Source: Dehalococcoidia bacterium
Lineage (GTDB): Bacteria; Chloroflexota; Dehalococcoidia; Lucifugimonadales; Australimonadaceae
Direction: 5' to 3'
Length of the DNA: 64,000 bases
Assembly (NCBI GenBank): GCA_022820645.1
Contig: JAJEFD010000018.1
Coordinates: 95,252 to 159,251 of the forward strand
The notes under the pieces were generated by a model. That model was not told the DNA's origin. It saw only the letters and a list, made by a program, of their open reading frames with translations, and did not search any database. The stretch's first letter is position 1. Each line of letters begins with the position of its first letter. This document shows positions 52,725-61,061 of the stretch, one piece after another. The position numbers and the translations under genes were made by a program.

Positions 52725-53747
52725 TCAGGCGGGTTTGCGGGCGTGCACGAAGTACATGGGGGTGAAGATGCCGAGCTTGCCTGCCTCCACCATGGCCGCT
52801 GCGCAGAGTTCCAGCGTACCCGCCACCCGGACCGCTCCCTGCGGCACGATGCGGAGCTTCTCGAGCACCCTCAGCGAGTTGGCGGTGACCAGACGCCCGA
52901 CCTTCGAGCTGCGGAAGCTGGCGAAGGAGACCCCGGAACCAGACAGCGGTTGATACCACGGGACCGACGGGCCGGTCTGCACGGCAAGGTCCCGCGTCTC
53001 CAGCACCTCGAACCCGACCGACCGGAGCGCGTCGTCAACCGTCGGGCGGTCGTCGATCACGAGCAGGCCGCCTCCCAGTTGGATGTCGGCCTTGAGCTTG
53101 AGGTGGACGGGGTCCTGAGGGTCGAAACGGTCGGTCATGCAGTATTCGTACGCAGCGAAGCACGCTCCCGGCTTGAGCAGACGAAAGATCTCGCCATAGA
53201 TGCCGGGCTTGTCCGGCGCACAGCAGGTCGCCTCGATGGAGTAGACGGCGTCGAACGAGTCGTCCGGAGCATCGACGTGCAAGAAGTCGCAGTGGAGGAA
53301 CCCAGCCAGGTGGGCCAGCCCCGCCTCCTCCACGTATCTCCGCGCGCGGTCGACCTGGTAGCCGTTGCTGTTCACGCCAACGATCCGGGCGCCGGAGAAG
53401 CGGGCGATCTCCATCATCGGCCCGCCGACACCGCAACCGATGTCGGCGGCGACCATGCCGGGCCTGAGTTCGAGCTTGTGCGCCACGTAGTGCTCGTGAC
53501 GTGCGAGCGACGCCTTGAAGCTCTCTCCGGGGACGCGCGGCGCAAAGTGGAAGGACCTGCCCCACCCGTACTCGTAGAAGTCCGAAACCAGGTCGTAGTA
53601 GAGGTTGTTGAAGGTCTTGTAGCCGGCCTCATCATCCTCCGAACTGCGCCTCGTTGTCTTGAATCGCTCTTCGTATTCACCGACGGCCGCATCAGCATCG
53701 GAGGCGATCTCTTTGTCCTTCAGCAGGCTGGAGAGACGGAATGGCAT
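52725..53747 (-). CDS. sterol 24-C-methyltransferase (ERG6/SMT1-like) homologue
   Basis: 340 aa, colinear with eukaryotic SMTs. NNLYYDLVSDFYEYGWGRSFHF (SMT region I), DIGCGVGGP (SAM motif), YSIEATCCAP (region II), YEYCMTD (region III), and a C-terminal sterol-MT domain (VPWYQPL ... FTPMYFVHARKP). Confidence 0.88.
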   Translation of the reverse strand: MPFRLSSLLKDKEIASDADAAVGEYEERFKTTRRSSEDDEAGYKTFNNLYYDLVSDFYEYGWGRSFHFAPRVPGESFKASLARHEHYVAHKLELRPGMVAADIGCGVGGPMMEIARFSGARIVGVNSNGYQVDRARRYVEEAGLAHLAGFLHCDFLHVDAPDDSFDAVYSIEATCCAPDKPGIYGEIFRLLKPGACFAAYEYCMTDRFDPQDPVHLKLKADIQLGGGLLVIDDRPTVDDALRSVGFEVLETRDLAVQTGPSVPWYQPLSGSGVSFASFRSSKVGRLVTANSLRVLEKLRIVPQGAVRVAGTLELCAAAMVEAGKLGIFTPMYFVHARKPA

Positions 53748-53776
53748 CGAAGCGCTCCCGGTCTGTTTCCGGTGGG

Positions 53777-54349
53777 TCAGGCGACGGGGGTGGTTTCGGG
53801 CTCGGGGGTGGGTTTGATGAGGTCGACGAGTTCAATGTCGAAGTTGAGCGCCTCGCCGGCGAGCGGGTGGTTGGCATCGAGGGTGATGGCGGTGTCGGTG
53901 ATGTTGGTGATGATCGGCTGCATCCCGTTGGAGAGCGGGATGGCCATGCCGATGGCCAACTGACCCACCATCTCAGGCGGGAACTCCTCGATCGGCACGT
54001 CCACGATGAGGTCGGGGACGATGTCCCCGTACGCTTCGGCGGGTTCCAGGCGCACGGTGACGCTGGCGCCGACAGCGAGACCACGCACGGCATTGTCGAA
54101 GCCGTCGATGAGCTGCCCGCTGCCGACCACGAAGTCGAGCGGGAAGCCGTCGCGTGAGGAGTCGAACTCAGTGCCGTCGTCGAGGGTGCCGGTATAGTGC
54201 ACCATGGCACGGTCACCTTCCTCGGCGACAGGGACAGGCGTGGGAGTTGGGGTTGGGGACGCGCAGGCGACGGCGAGCGCCAGCGCGACGATGAGGAGGG
54301 CGGCCCCCGAGAGGCCGGGGCAGAGTACGTGGGCGATGCGGGGGCTCAT
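53777..54349 (-). CDS. FKBP-type peptidyl-prolyl isomerase lipoprotein (SlyD-like with an IF insert)
   Basis: ATG at 54349 within ORF 53777..54427. Lipobox LALAVAC and a PT linker. VHYTGTLDDGTEFDSS and NHPLAGEALNFDIELV. Confidence 0.82.
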   Translation of the reverse strand: MSPRIAHVLCPGLSGAALLIVALALAVACASPTPTPTPVPVAEEGDRAMVHYTGTLDDGTEFDSSRDGFPLDFVVGSGQLIDGFDNAVRGLAVGASVTVRLEPAEAYGDIVPDLIVDVPIEEFPPEMVGQLAIGMAIPLSNGMQPIITNITDTAITLDANHPLAGEALNFDIELVDLIKPTPEPETTPVA

Positions 54350-54458
54350 GCCCTCACCCCGAGTTTCTCGCGCACAGCCCGCCTCGTGGCCATGTGCCCT
54401 GACTCTGATGACGAAAACCGCGGGCATTACGAAAACAAGGCTGGGGCATCAGCGCGCC

Positions 54459-55124
54459 CTATCCGCCGACGGCGGCGCGCATGGCGGCGACTGCTTCGGC
54501 GACTGTCATGCGGTCATTGTACACAGCGGAGCCCGCCACGATGACGTTCGCGCCCGCGGCGACGACCTGCGCCGCGTTGTCCGGCTTGATGCCGCCGTCG
54601 ACCTCCAACTCGGTGGCGAGACCGCCTTCGTCTATCGCGGCGCGGAGGCGCTCCACCTTCGGGAGCACGCCGGGGATGAACGACTGCCCGCCGAACCCGG
54701 GGTTCACGGACATGACGAGCACGAGGTCCAGCTCCGGCAGGATCTCGGCAAGCGTGGCGTCGGGCGTCGACGGGTTGAGCGAGACGCCGGCGGTCGCGCC
54801 GAGGTCGCGTATCTGGTGAACGGCGCGGTGCAGGTGCGTCACCGCCTCCTGGTGCACCGTGATCTTGTCGGCGCCCGCGGCGACGAAGTCCGGGATGAGG
54901 CGCTCCGGCTCGACAATCATCAGGTGTACGTCGAGCGGGAGGGTCGTGTGCGGGCGTATCGCCTCGACGACGAGCGGGCCGATGGTGAGGTTCGGGACGA
55001 ATCGCCCGTCCATCACGTCGACGTGGATGTAGTCGGCGCCCGCTTCTTCGGTCTCACGGACGACCTCGCCGATGCGGGCGAAGTCCGCGGAGAGGATGGA
55101 GGGGGCGAGTTTGACGTCAGCCAC
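54459..55124 (-). CDS. rpe: ribulose-phosphate 3-epimerase
   Basis: 221 aa. GTG start. SILSADF, HVDVMDGRFVPN and VMSVNPGFGGQ motifs. Confidence 0.92.
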   Translation of the reverse strand: MADVKLAPSILSADFARIGEVVRETEEAGADYIHVDVMDGRFVPNLTIGPLVVEAIRPHTTLPLDVHLMIVEPERLIPDFVAAGADKITVHQEAVTHLHRAVHQIRDLGATAGVSLNPSTPDATLAEILPELDLVLVMSVNPGFGGQSFIPGVLPKVERLRAAIDEGGLATELEVDGGIKPDNAAQVVAAGANVIVAGSAVYNDRMTVAEAVAAMRAAVGG

Positions 55125-55150
55125 GGGACGCCTCCAATTGCACGAGCGTA

Positions 55151-55248
55151 CCCCGAGAGATTCCTCGACTACGCCTCCGGCTCCGCTCGGAATGACAACA
55201 CTGAGTATGGGCGCGGGTGCGCGTCTGGATTCCCGCCTTCGCGGGAAT
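55151..55248. repeat. intergenic repeats: a family-1 element plus a GC hairpin
   Basis: Bases 55151-55197 match 47363-47409 with three substitutions by eye. The hairpin is ATTCCCGC-CTTC-GCGGGAAT (55229-55248). Confidence 0.75.
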
Positions 55249-55282
55249 GACGGAAGGGGCGGGAATGACGAGACTTGCCATG

Positions 55283-56650
55283 TCAGCCACGGGAAGCCTC
55301 CAGGCGCGCCTTCGCGGCGGCGAGCGCTTCCCGGACCCGGGCTGGCGACGCGCCGCCGGGCACGTCGCGCGCTGTCGCGCTGGCGAGCGCGGTGAGGTCG
55401 CGCACTCCCTCGTCGAACGCGGAGCAGCGGGCGCGCATGTCGTCGAGCGGGAGTGCGGTCACGGCGACGCCGCGCTCAGCCGCGAGTTCGCAGAGCGCGC
55501 TGACGGCTGCGTGCGCCTCGCGGAACGGCACGCCCTTCCCCACGAGGTAGTCGGCCATGTCGGTCGCGAGCAACGCGCTGTCCTCGGCAGCCTCGCGCAT
55601 CCGCTCCGCGTTCACGGAGCAGTCGCTCAGCATGCCGCGCATCGCGTCGAGCGTCGCTTCCAGAGTATCGACGGCGTCGAACAGCCCCTCCTTGTCCTCC
55701 TGCAGGTCGCGGTTGTAGGTGAGCGGGAGGCCCTTGAGCGTCGTGAGCAGGCCGACCAGACTGCCGTAGACGCGGCCCGTCTTGCCGCGCGCGATCTCCG
55801 CGAAGTCAGGATTGCGCTTCTGCGGCATGATGGACGAGCCGGTGACCCACTGCCGCCCGAGCTGCAGGTAGCCGAACTCCTGCGACGTCCAGAGCACGAT
55901 CTCCTCCGCGAGGCGCGAGCAGTGCATCATGCACGTCGCGGCGGCGGCGAGGAAGTCGACGGCGTAGTCGCGGTCGGAGACGGCGTCCATCGAGTTCGCG
56001 GAGATGCCGTCGAAGCCGAGCTCGCGCGCGACCCACTCGCGGTCGAGGGGGTACGGGGCGCCCGCGAGCGCACCTGAGCCGAGCGGGAGGACGTTGGCGC
56101 GTTTCCGCGCATCGGCGAGGCGGTCGGCGTCGCGGTCGAACATCTCGAAGTAGGCGAGCATGTGGTGGGCGAACGGCACGGGCTGCGCGCGCTGCAGGTG
56201 GGTGTAGCCGGGGAGGAGCGCGTCCTGCTCGCGCTCGGCGAGCGTAAGCAAGGCGCCCTGCAGGCCGCGCAGCAGCGACGCCGCGCGGTCGATGGCGTCG
56301 CGGACGTAGAGGCGCGTCGCGGTCGCGACCTGGTCGTTGCGGGAGCGCGCGGTGTGGAGGCGCGCGGCGGGCTCGCCGATGAGCTCGTGGAGGCGTGTCT
56401 CGATGTTCATGTGGAGGTCTTCCAGGTCCTCGCGCCAGTTGAACGCACCGCCCGCTATCTCGCGCCGCACGGCGTCGAGCCCTTCGACGATGGCATCGGC
56501 GTCGGCCTCGGAGATGATGCCCTGCCTGCCGAGCATGCGGGCGTGCGCGACGGACCCCGCGATGTCGTGCTCGTAGAGGCGGCGATCGTAGCCGACAGAG
56601 ACGGTATAGCGCGAGGCGGCCTCGAAGTGGTGGGTCGTGTACTCGGTCAT
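55283..56650 (-). CDS. argH: argininosuccinate lyase
   Basis: 455 aa. Fumarate-lyase signature GSSIMPQKRNPD and N-terminal DRRLYEHDIAGSVAHARML. Confidence 0.92.
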   Translation of the reverse strand: MTEYTTHHFEAASRYTVSVGYDRRLYEHDIAGSVAHARMLGRQGIISEADADAIVEGLDAVRREIAGGAFNWREDLEDLHMNIETRLHELIGEPAARLHTARSRNDQVATATRLYVRDAIDRAASLLRGLQGALLTLAEREQDALLPGYTHLQRAQPVPFAHHMLAYFEMFDRDADRLADARKRANVLPLGSGALAGAPYPLDREWVARELGFDGISANSMDAVSDRDYAVDFLAAAATCMMHCSRLAEEIVLWTSQEFGYLQLGRQWVTGSSIMPQKRNPDFAEIARGKTGRVYGSLVGLLTTLKGLPLTYNRDLQEDKEGLFDAVDTLEATLDAMRGMLSDCSVNAERMREAAEDSALLATDMADYLVGKGVPFREAHAAVSALCELAAERGVAVTALPLDDMRARCSAFDEGVRDLTALASATARDVPGGASPARVREALAAAKARLEASRG

Positions 56651-56672
56651 GGCGTCGCGTCTATTGTACGGC

Positions 56673-57560
56673 CTACCCTCCTAACGTGACGCCGAGGCGC
56701 TGTTCCAGTGCGGTGAAGCCGTGCGAGGGGTCCTCCTCGCCCAGGCCGTGTTCCTCCACGACGGCGTGCCAGAAGCGGCGGCCCGTCTCGAAGATCTGCA
56801 GGTCCAGCCCGAACTCGATCGCCAACTCGTGCGCGTGGTCGAGGTCCTTCATCGTGAGCCACGCGGAGCCGTCCTTGCCGAACTCGCGCTTCAGGATGCG
56901 CGGGACGTTCCGCTCCCACGCACGGCTCGCGCCCGACGCCGTCCGGATGACAGCGAAGAGCCGCTCCAGGTCCAGCCCTGCCTTGTCCGCGAGCAACAGC
57001 GACTCCATCGCCACGGCGAGGTTCGTCGCCATGAGGAAGTTGCTCACCACCTTGGTCGCCGCGCCGGAGCCGGACGCGCCCATCAGCTCGACGGTGCGCC
57101 CCATCGCCTCCATCGCGGGCCGTGCGGCGGCAAACGCTTCCTCATCGCCGCCGCACATGATGGTCAACTCGCCGCGCTCGGCGACGGGGCCGGAGCCGGA
57201 GACCGGGGCGTCGATGAACGACGCGCCGCGTTCGCGGGCGGTCGCTGCGAGGGCGCGCGCGGCGTCCGGGTGGATCGTGCTGTGGTCGACGACTATCAGC
57301 CCCGGCTTCGGGTGTTCGAGCACGCCGCCCGCGCCGGTGAGCACCTGCCGCACCGTTTCAGTGTCCGGCAGGCAGGTGTGCACCTCGTCCAACTCCGCGC
57401 CCATCGCAGCGAACGACTCGCCGACAGTCGCGCCCATCGCGGCGAGCTCCTGCACCTTGCCCTGACTGCGGTTCTGCACCGTGACGTCGAACCCCTTGCG
57501 GACGAGGTTCTCCACCATGGGGCGTCCCATGCGTCCTATGCCGATCCATCCGATACGCAT
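56673..57560 (-). CDS. NAD(P)-dependent 3-hydroxyisobutyrate/6-phosphogluconate dehydrogenase-family oxidoreductase
   Basis: ATG at 57560 follows GGAGG within ORF 56673..57587. IGWIGIGRMGRPM Rossmann motif. Confidence 0.85.
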   Translation of the reverse strand: MRIGWIGIGRMGRPMVENLVRKGFDVTVQNRSQGKVQELAAMGATVGESFAAMGAELDEVHTCLPDTETVRQVLTGAGGVLEHPKPGLIVVDHSTIHPDAARALAATARERGASFIDAPVSGSGPVAERGELTIMCGGDEEAFAAARPAMEAMGRTVELMGASGSGAATKVVSNFLMATNLAVAMESLLLADKAGLDLERLFAVIRTASGASRAWERNVPRILKREFGKDGSAWLTMKDLDHAHELAIEFGLDLQIFETGRRFWHAVVEEHGLGEEDPSHGFTALEQRLGVTLGG

Positions 57561-57581
57561 CGCATCCTCCATCTTCGTCGT

Positions 57582-57700
57582 TGTCATTCCGAGCGTAGCC
57601 GAGGAATCTCTCGGGAGGGCTCTCCGTCGTGCACCAACGTCCTCCGAGAGATGCTTCGACTGCGCTTCAGGCTGCGCCTTCAGCTCCGCTCAGCATGACA
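57582..57700. repeat. two further family-1 intergenic repeat copies (one inverted and shortened, one diverged)
   Basis: Bases 57582-57615 are the reverse complement of the 47363-47409 element lacking its central ~11 nt. Bases 57644-57700 are a diverged forward copy (CCGAGAGATGCTTCGACTGCGC...CTCAGCATGACA). Confidence 0.7.
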
Positions 57701-57718
57701 GACGCTGCTTTCCCATGG

Positions 57719-58597
57719 TCAGAGTGTAATGGCGATGGCCCCCGCGGCGGCGAGCACGATGCCAAGCAGCACGAGCGGGTTGAATGCCTCTGTGTCGCGG
57801 TTGAGCAGGAAAGCGAACCCGACGCCGAAGAAGGCCATCGTTTCGGTGAGCGGAGCGACGACAGCGGCGTCCGCCGATTCGAGCGCAGCGAACCGGAGCA
57901 CCTGCGCCAGCGTCATGATGCCGGTCACGGCGACGAACAGCTTGAACGCGGTGCGGTCGACCTCGCGCAGGCCCCGCAGCCGCCCCGGCAGCGCGAGCGA
58001 CGCGATGAGCACGAGCGCCGCCGCGCCGTGCGCGACGAGCCCGCCGAGCATCGTGAGGCCGGAGTCGTCGAGCGCCCAGCGCAGGAGGACGGTCGAGCCG
58101 CCGTACGTCGCCGCCGCGCTCAGGCCGAAGACGATGCCCCGCGCTATCTGCAGCGAGCCGAGGCGGACGGTCGGGGGACGTGCGAACGCGACGAGCGGCG
58201 CGACGATGAGCAGCGCGATGCCGGTGCCGCGCAGCAACCCCACCTGCTCGCCGAGCAGCGTTATGCCGAAGACGGCGCCGACGAGCGCTGAAAGGACGCG
58301 CACCGGCGCGGTGAGGTTCGCGCCCACGGCCTGTATCGCGAGGAACTGGGAGAAGCGTCCGCCGAGGAAGTTGAGGATGCCCCCCACGGCAAGCACGGCG
58401 TACTGCATGCCGGTGAAGCCGCCGAGTTGAACGAGCTGGCCGGAGACGAGCGCAAGGAGCCCGAACAGAGGCACCGAGAGCACGATGGAGATGACGATGC
58501 CGTTGTAGGCGGACGCACGGAGCATGCTTCGCCGCACGACGGCCGTGTTGAGGCCGAGCATCGCGGCGGCGGCGAGCGCGAGGAGTGCGCCGCTCAC
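57719..58597 (-). CDS. EamA/DMT-family transporter
   Basis: 292 aa, ten hydrophobic helices, duplicated EamA-like halves. Confidence 0.8.
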   Translation of the reverse strand: MSGALLALAAAAMLGLNTAVVRRSMLRASAYNGIVISIVLSVPLFGLLALVSGQLVQLGGFTGMQYAVLAVGGILNFLGGRFSQFLAIQAVGANLTAPVRVLSALVGAVFGITLLGEQVGLLRGTGIALLIVAPLVAFARPPTVRLGSLQIARGIVFGLSAAATYGGSTVLLRWALDDSGLTMLGGLVAHGAAALVLIASLALPGRLRGLREVDRTAFKLFVAVTGIMTLAQVLRFAALESADAAVVAPLTETMAFFGVGFAFLLNRDTEAFNPLVLLGIVLAAAGAIAITL

Positions 58598-58603
58598 GAG
58601 GGG

Positions 58604-59803
58604 TTACTCGGCCTCTCCCTGCACCCGCGCCTGCGTCCGCACCGGCAGTCCGAACACCGAGATGAAGCCGACCGACGCCTGGTGGTCGAACGTGTCGCCC
58701 GCGTCGTAGGTCGCGAGGTCGTGCCGGTAGAGCGCCTCCGCGCTCTCGCGCCCGGTGACTGTCGCGCTGCCCTTGTGCAGGCGCACGCGCACCGTGCCGT
58801 TCACGTGGCGCTGCGTGCTGAGGACGTAGGCGTCGAGGTCGCGGCGGTGCGCGGTGAACCAGAGCCCGTTGTAGACGAGGTCGGCGTACTCCTGAGCGAG
58901 CCGCTCCTTGAACCGGGACTGCTCCTTCGTGAGGCACATCTGTTCGAGCGCGCGGTGCGCCTGGTGGAGTACCGTCGCGGCGGGGGCCTCGTAGACCTCG
59001 CGCGATTTGATGCCGACCAGCCGGTTCTCGACGTGGTCTATGCGTCCCACGCCGTGCGCGCCCGCCGCCTCGTTCAGCAGCTCGATGAGCGCCACACCGC
59101 CCAGCTCCTCGCCGTCGATGGCAACCGGCACGCCCTGCTCGAAGCGTATCTCCACGTAGCGCGGCTCGTCCGGCGCGGCGCCGACGGAGACCGTCCATGC
59201 GTACGCCTCCTCAGGCGGCTCCACCCACGGGTCCTCGAGGTCGCCCGCCTCGATGCTGCGCCCCCAGAGGTTCTCGTCCGTCGAGTAGGAACTGCGCTTG
59301 TTCAGGTCCAGCGGGATGTCGCGCTCCTTCGCGTAGGCGATCTCGTCGTCGCGGGTCATGCCCCACTCGCGGGCAGGCGCGACGACCTTGATCGCGGGGG
59401 CGAGCGCCGCAGCGCTGACGTCGAACCGCACCTGGTCGTTCCCCTTGCCCGTGCAGCCGTGCGCGATGCCGGACGCCCCTTCCTCCAGCGCGATGCGCAC
59501 GAGGTGCTTCGCGATGAGCGGCCTGCCGAGCGCGGTCGCGAGCGGGTAGACGCCTTCGTAGATGGCGCCCGCCCGCAGCGCGGGCCAGACGAAGTCGCGC
59601 ACGAACTCGTCGCGAGCGTCCATCACGTCGGCCCGTATCGCGCCGATGTCGAGCGCGCGCTGCCGCGCGGCCTCCAGGTCCACCTGTCCGCCCAGGTCCA
59701 TCGTGAGCGTGGCGATGTCAGCGCCGTACTGCTCCTGCAGCCAGCGGATGGCAACGGAGGTGTCGAGCCCCCCGCTGTAAGCGAGAACGATCTTGTCAGC
59801 CAT
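58604..59803 (-). CDS. argG: argininosuccinate synthase
   Basis: 399 aa. AYSGGLDTS ATP-binding motif and overall ArgG colinearity. Confidence 0.93.
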   Translation of the reverse strand: MADKIVLAYSGGLDTSVAIRWLQEQYGADIATLTMDLGGQVDLEAARQRALDIGAIRADVMDARDEFVRDFVWPALRAGAIYEGVYPLATALGRPLIAKHLVRIALEEGASGIAHGCTGKGNDQVRFDVSAAALAPAIKVVAPAREWGMTRDDEIAYAKERDIPLDLNKRSSYSTDENLWGRSIEAGDLEDPWVEPPEEAYAWTVSVGAAPDEPRYVEIRFEQGVPVAIDGEELGGVALIELLNEAAGAHGVGRIDHVENRLVGIKSREVYEAPAATVLHQAHRALEQMCLTKEQSRFKERLAQEYADLVYNGLWFTAHRRDLDAYVLSTQRHVNGTVRVRLHKGSATVTGRESAEALYRHDLATYDAGDTFDHQASVGFISVFGLPVRTQARVQGEAE

Positions 59804-59840
59804 GAAGTAACAGGTTCCTTTCCGGTGTAAGAGTCGCCGT

Positions 59841-61061
59841 CTAGGCGGCCAGTGTTTTCGTCAGTGCGGCGTCGAGCTTCGCCAGGCATTCGTCGACGTC
59901 CGCCTCGGTGATGATGAGCGCGGGCATGAAACGGATGGCGTGCGGGAGCACGGGGTTGAGCAGCACACCCTCCGCGTTGGCGGCAGTGACGACGGCGCGC
60001 GCGATCGGTTCGGCGAAGACGAGCGCCTGCAGCAGCCCGGCCCCGCGCGTTCCCACGGTCGCGGGCGCGTGCGCGGCAACGAACTCCTCCAGCTTCGCGT
60101 GGAGGTACGCGCCGACGCGCGCGGCGTGGCCGGGGATGTCGTTCTCGATCATGTAGCCGAGCGTCGCCCGCCCCGCAGCCGTGGCGAGGACGTTGCCGCC
60201 GAACGTGCTGCCGTGGTCGCCCGGCTCCAGCACGTTGCAGCGCTCCTTGCAGAGGAACGCGCCGACCGGCACGCCGTTGCCGAGCCCCTTTGCGACCGTC
60301 ATCACGTCCGGCTCGACGCCGAAGTGCTCGTAGCCCCAGAGCGTGCCGAGGCGGCCCATGCCGGTCTGTATCTCATCGAAGATGAGGAGGATGTTCTGCT
60401 CGTCGCACCACTCCCGCAGCCCCTTCAGGTAGCCCTCCGTGGGGACGTTGACGCCGCCCTCGCCCTGCAGCACCTCCACCATGATGGCGCAGGTGTCGTC
60501 GGTCGTGGCCTCGCGGATGGCGTCGAGGTCGTCGTAGGGGACGTTCGTGAAACCCTCCGCCAGCGGGAGCCACGCCTGCTGGTAGGCGGGCTGCCCCGTC
60601 GCGGCGATCATGGCGAGCGTTCTGCCGTGGAAGGAGTTGAGGACAGTGATGACGCTCTGCGCGCCGTTGCGGTGGAGCCTGCCGTACTTGCGGGCGAGCT
60701 TCACCGCGCCCTCGTTCGCCTCGACGCCGCTGTTGGCGAAGAAGACCTTGTCCATGCAGCTGTTCTCCACCAGCAACTGCGCCAGTTCCAGTTGCGGCAC
60801 GGTGTAGTACAGGTTGGACATCTGCATGATGGTCCCCGCCTGCTCCCGTATCGCCTCGGTGACGACGGGGTGCGAGTGCCCCAGGCAGGTCACCGCCAGC
60901 CCGGCGGTCATGTCCAGGTATTCGTTGCCCTCGACGTCCCAGACGCGCGCGCCTTCGCCTCGCGCCACCACGATGGGCTGCCGGTTGAACGTGTGTACGT
61001 AGTACTCGGATTCCTGCGCCATCCAGTAGGCGGAGTCGTGTGCCGTCGCGTCGGTTGCCAT
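59841..61061 (-). CDS. argD: acetylornithine aminotransferase (class III PLP aminotransferase)
   Basis: 406 aa. DEIQTGMGRLG, PLP-lysine context TVAKGLGNG, arg-gene context. TGATG overlap with the upstream gene. Confidence 0.85.
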   Translation of the reverse strand: MATDATAHDSAYWMAQESEYYVHTFNRQPIVVARGEGARVWDVEGNEYLDMTAGLAVTCLGHSHPVVTEAIREQAGTIMQMSNLYYTVPQLELAQLLVENSCMDKVFFANSGVEANEGAVKLARKYGRLHRNGAQSVITVLNSFHGRTLAMIAATGQPAYQQAWLPLAEGFTNVPYDDLDAIREATTDDTCAIMVEVLQGEGGVNVPTEGYLKGLREWCDEQNILLIFDEIQTGMGRLGTLWGYEHFGVEPDVMTVAKGLGNGVPVGAFLCKERCNVLEPGDHGSTFGGNVLATAAGRATLGYMIENDIPGHAARVGAYLHAKLEEFVAAHAPATVGTRGAGLLQALVFAEPIARAVVTAANAEGVLLNPVLPHAIRFMPALIITEADVDECLAKLDAALTKTLAA

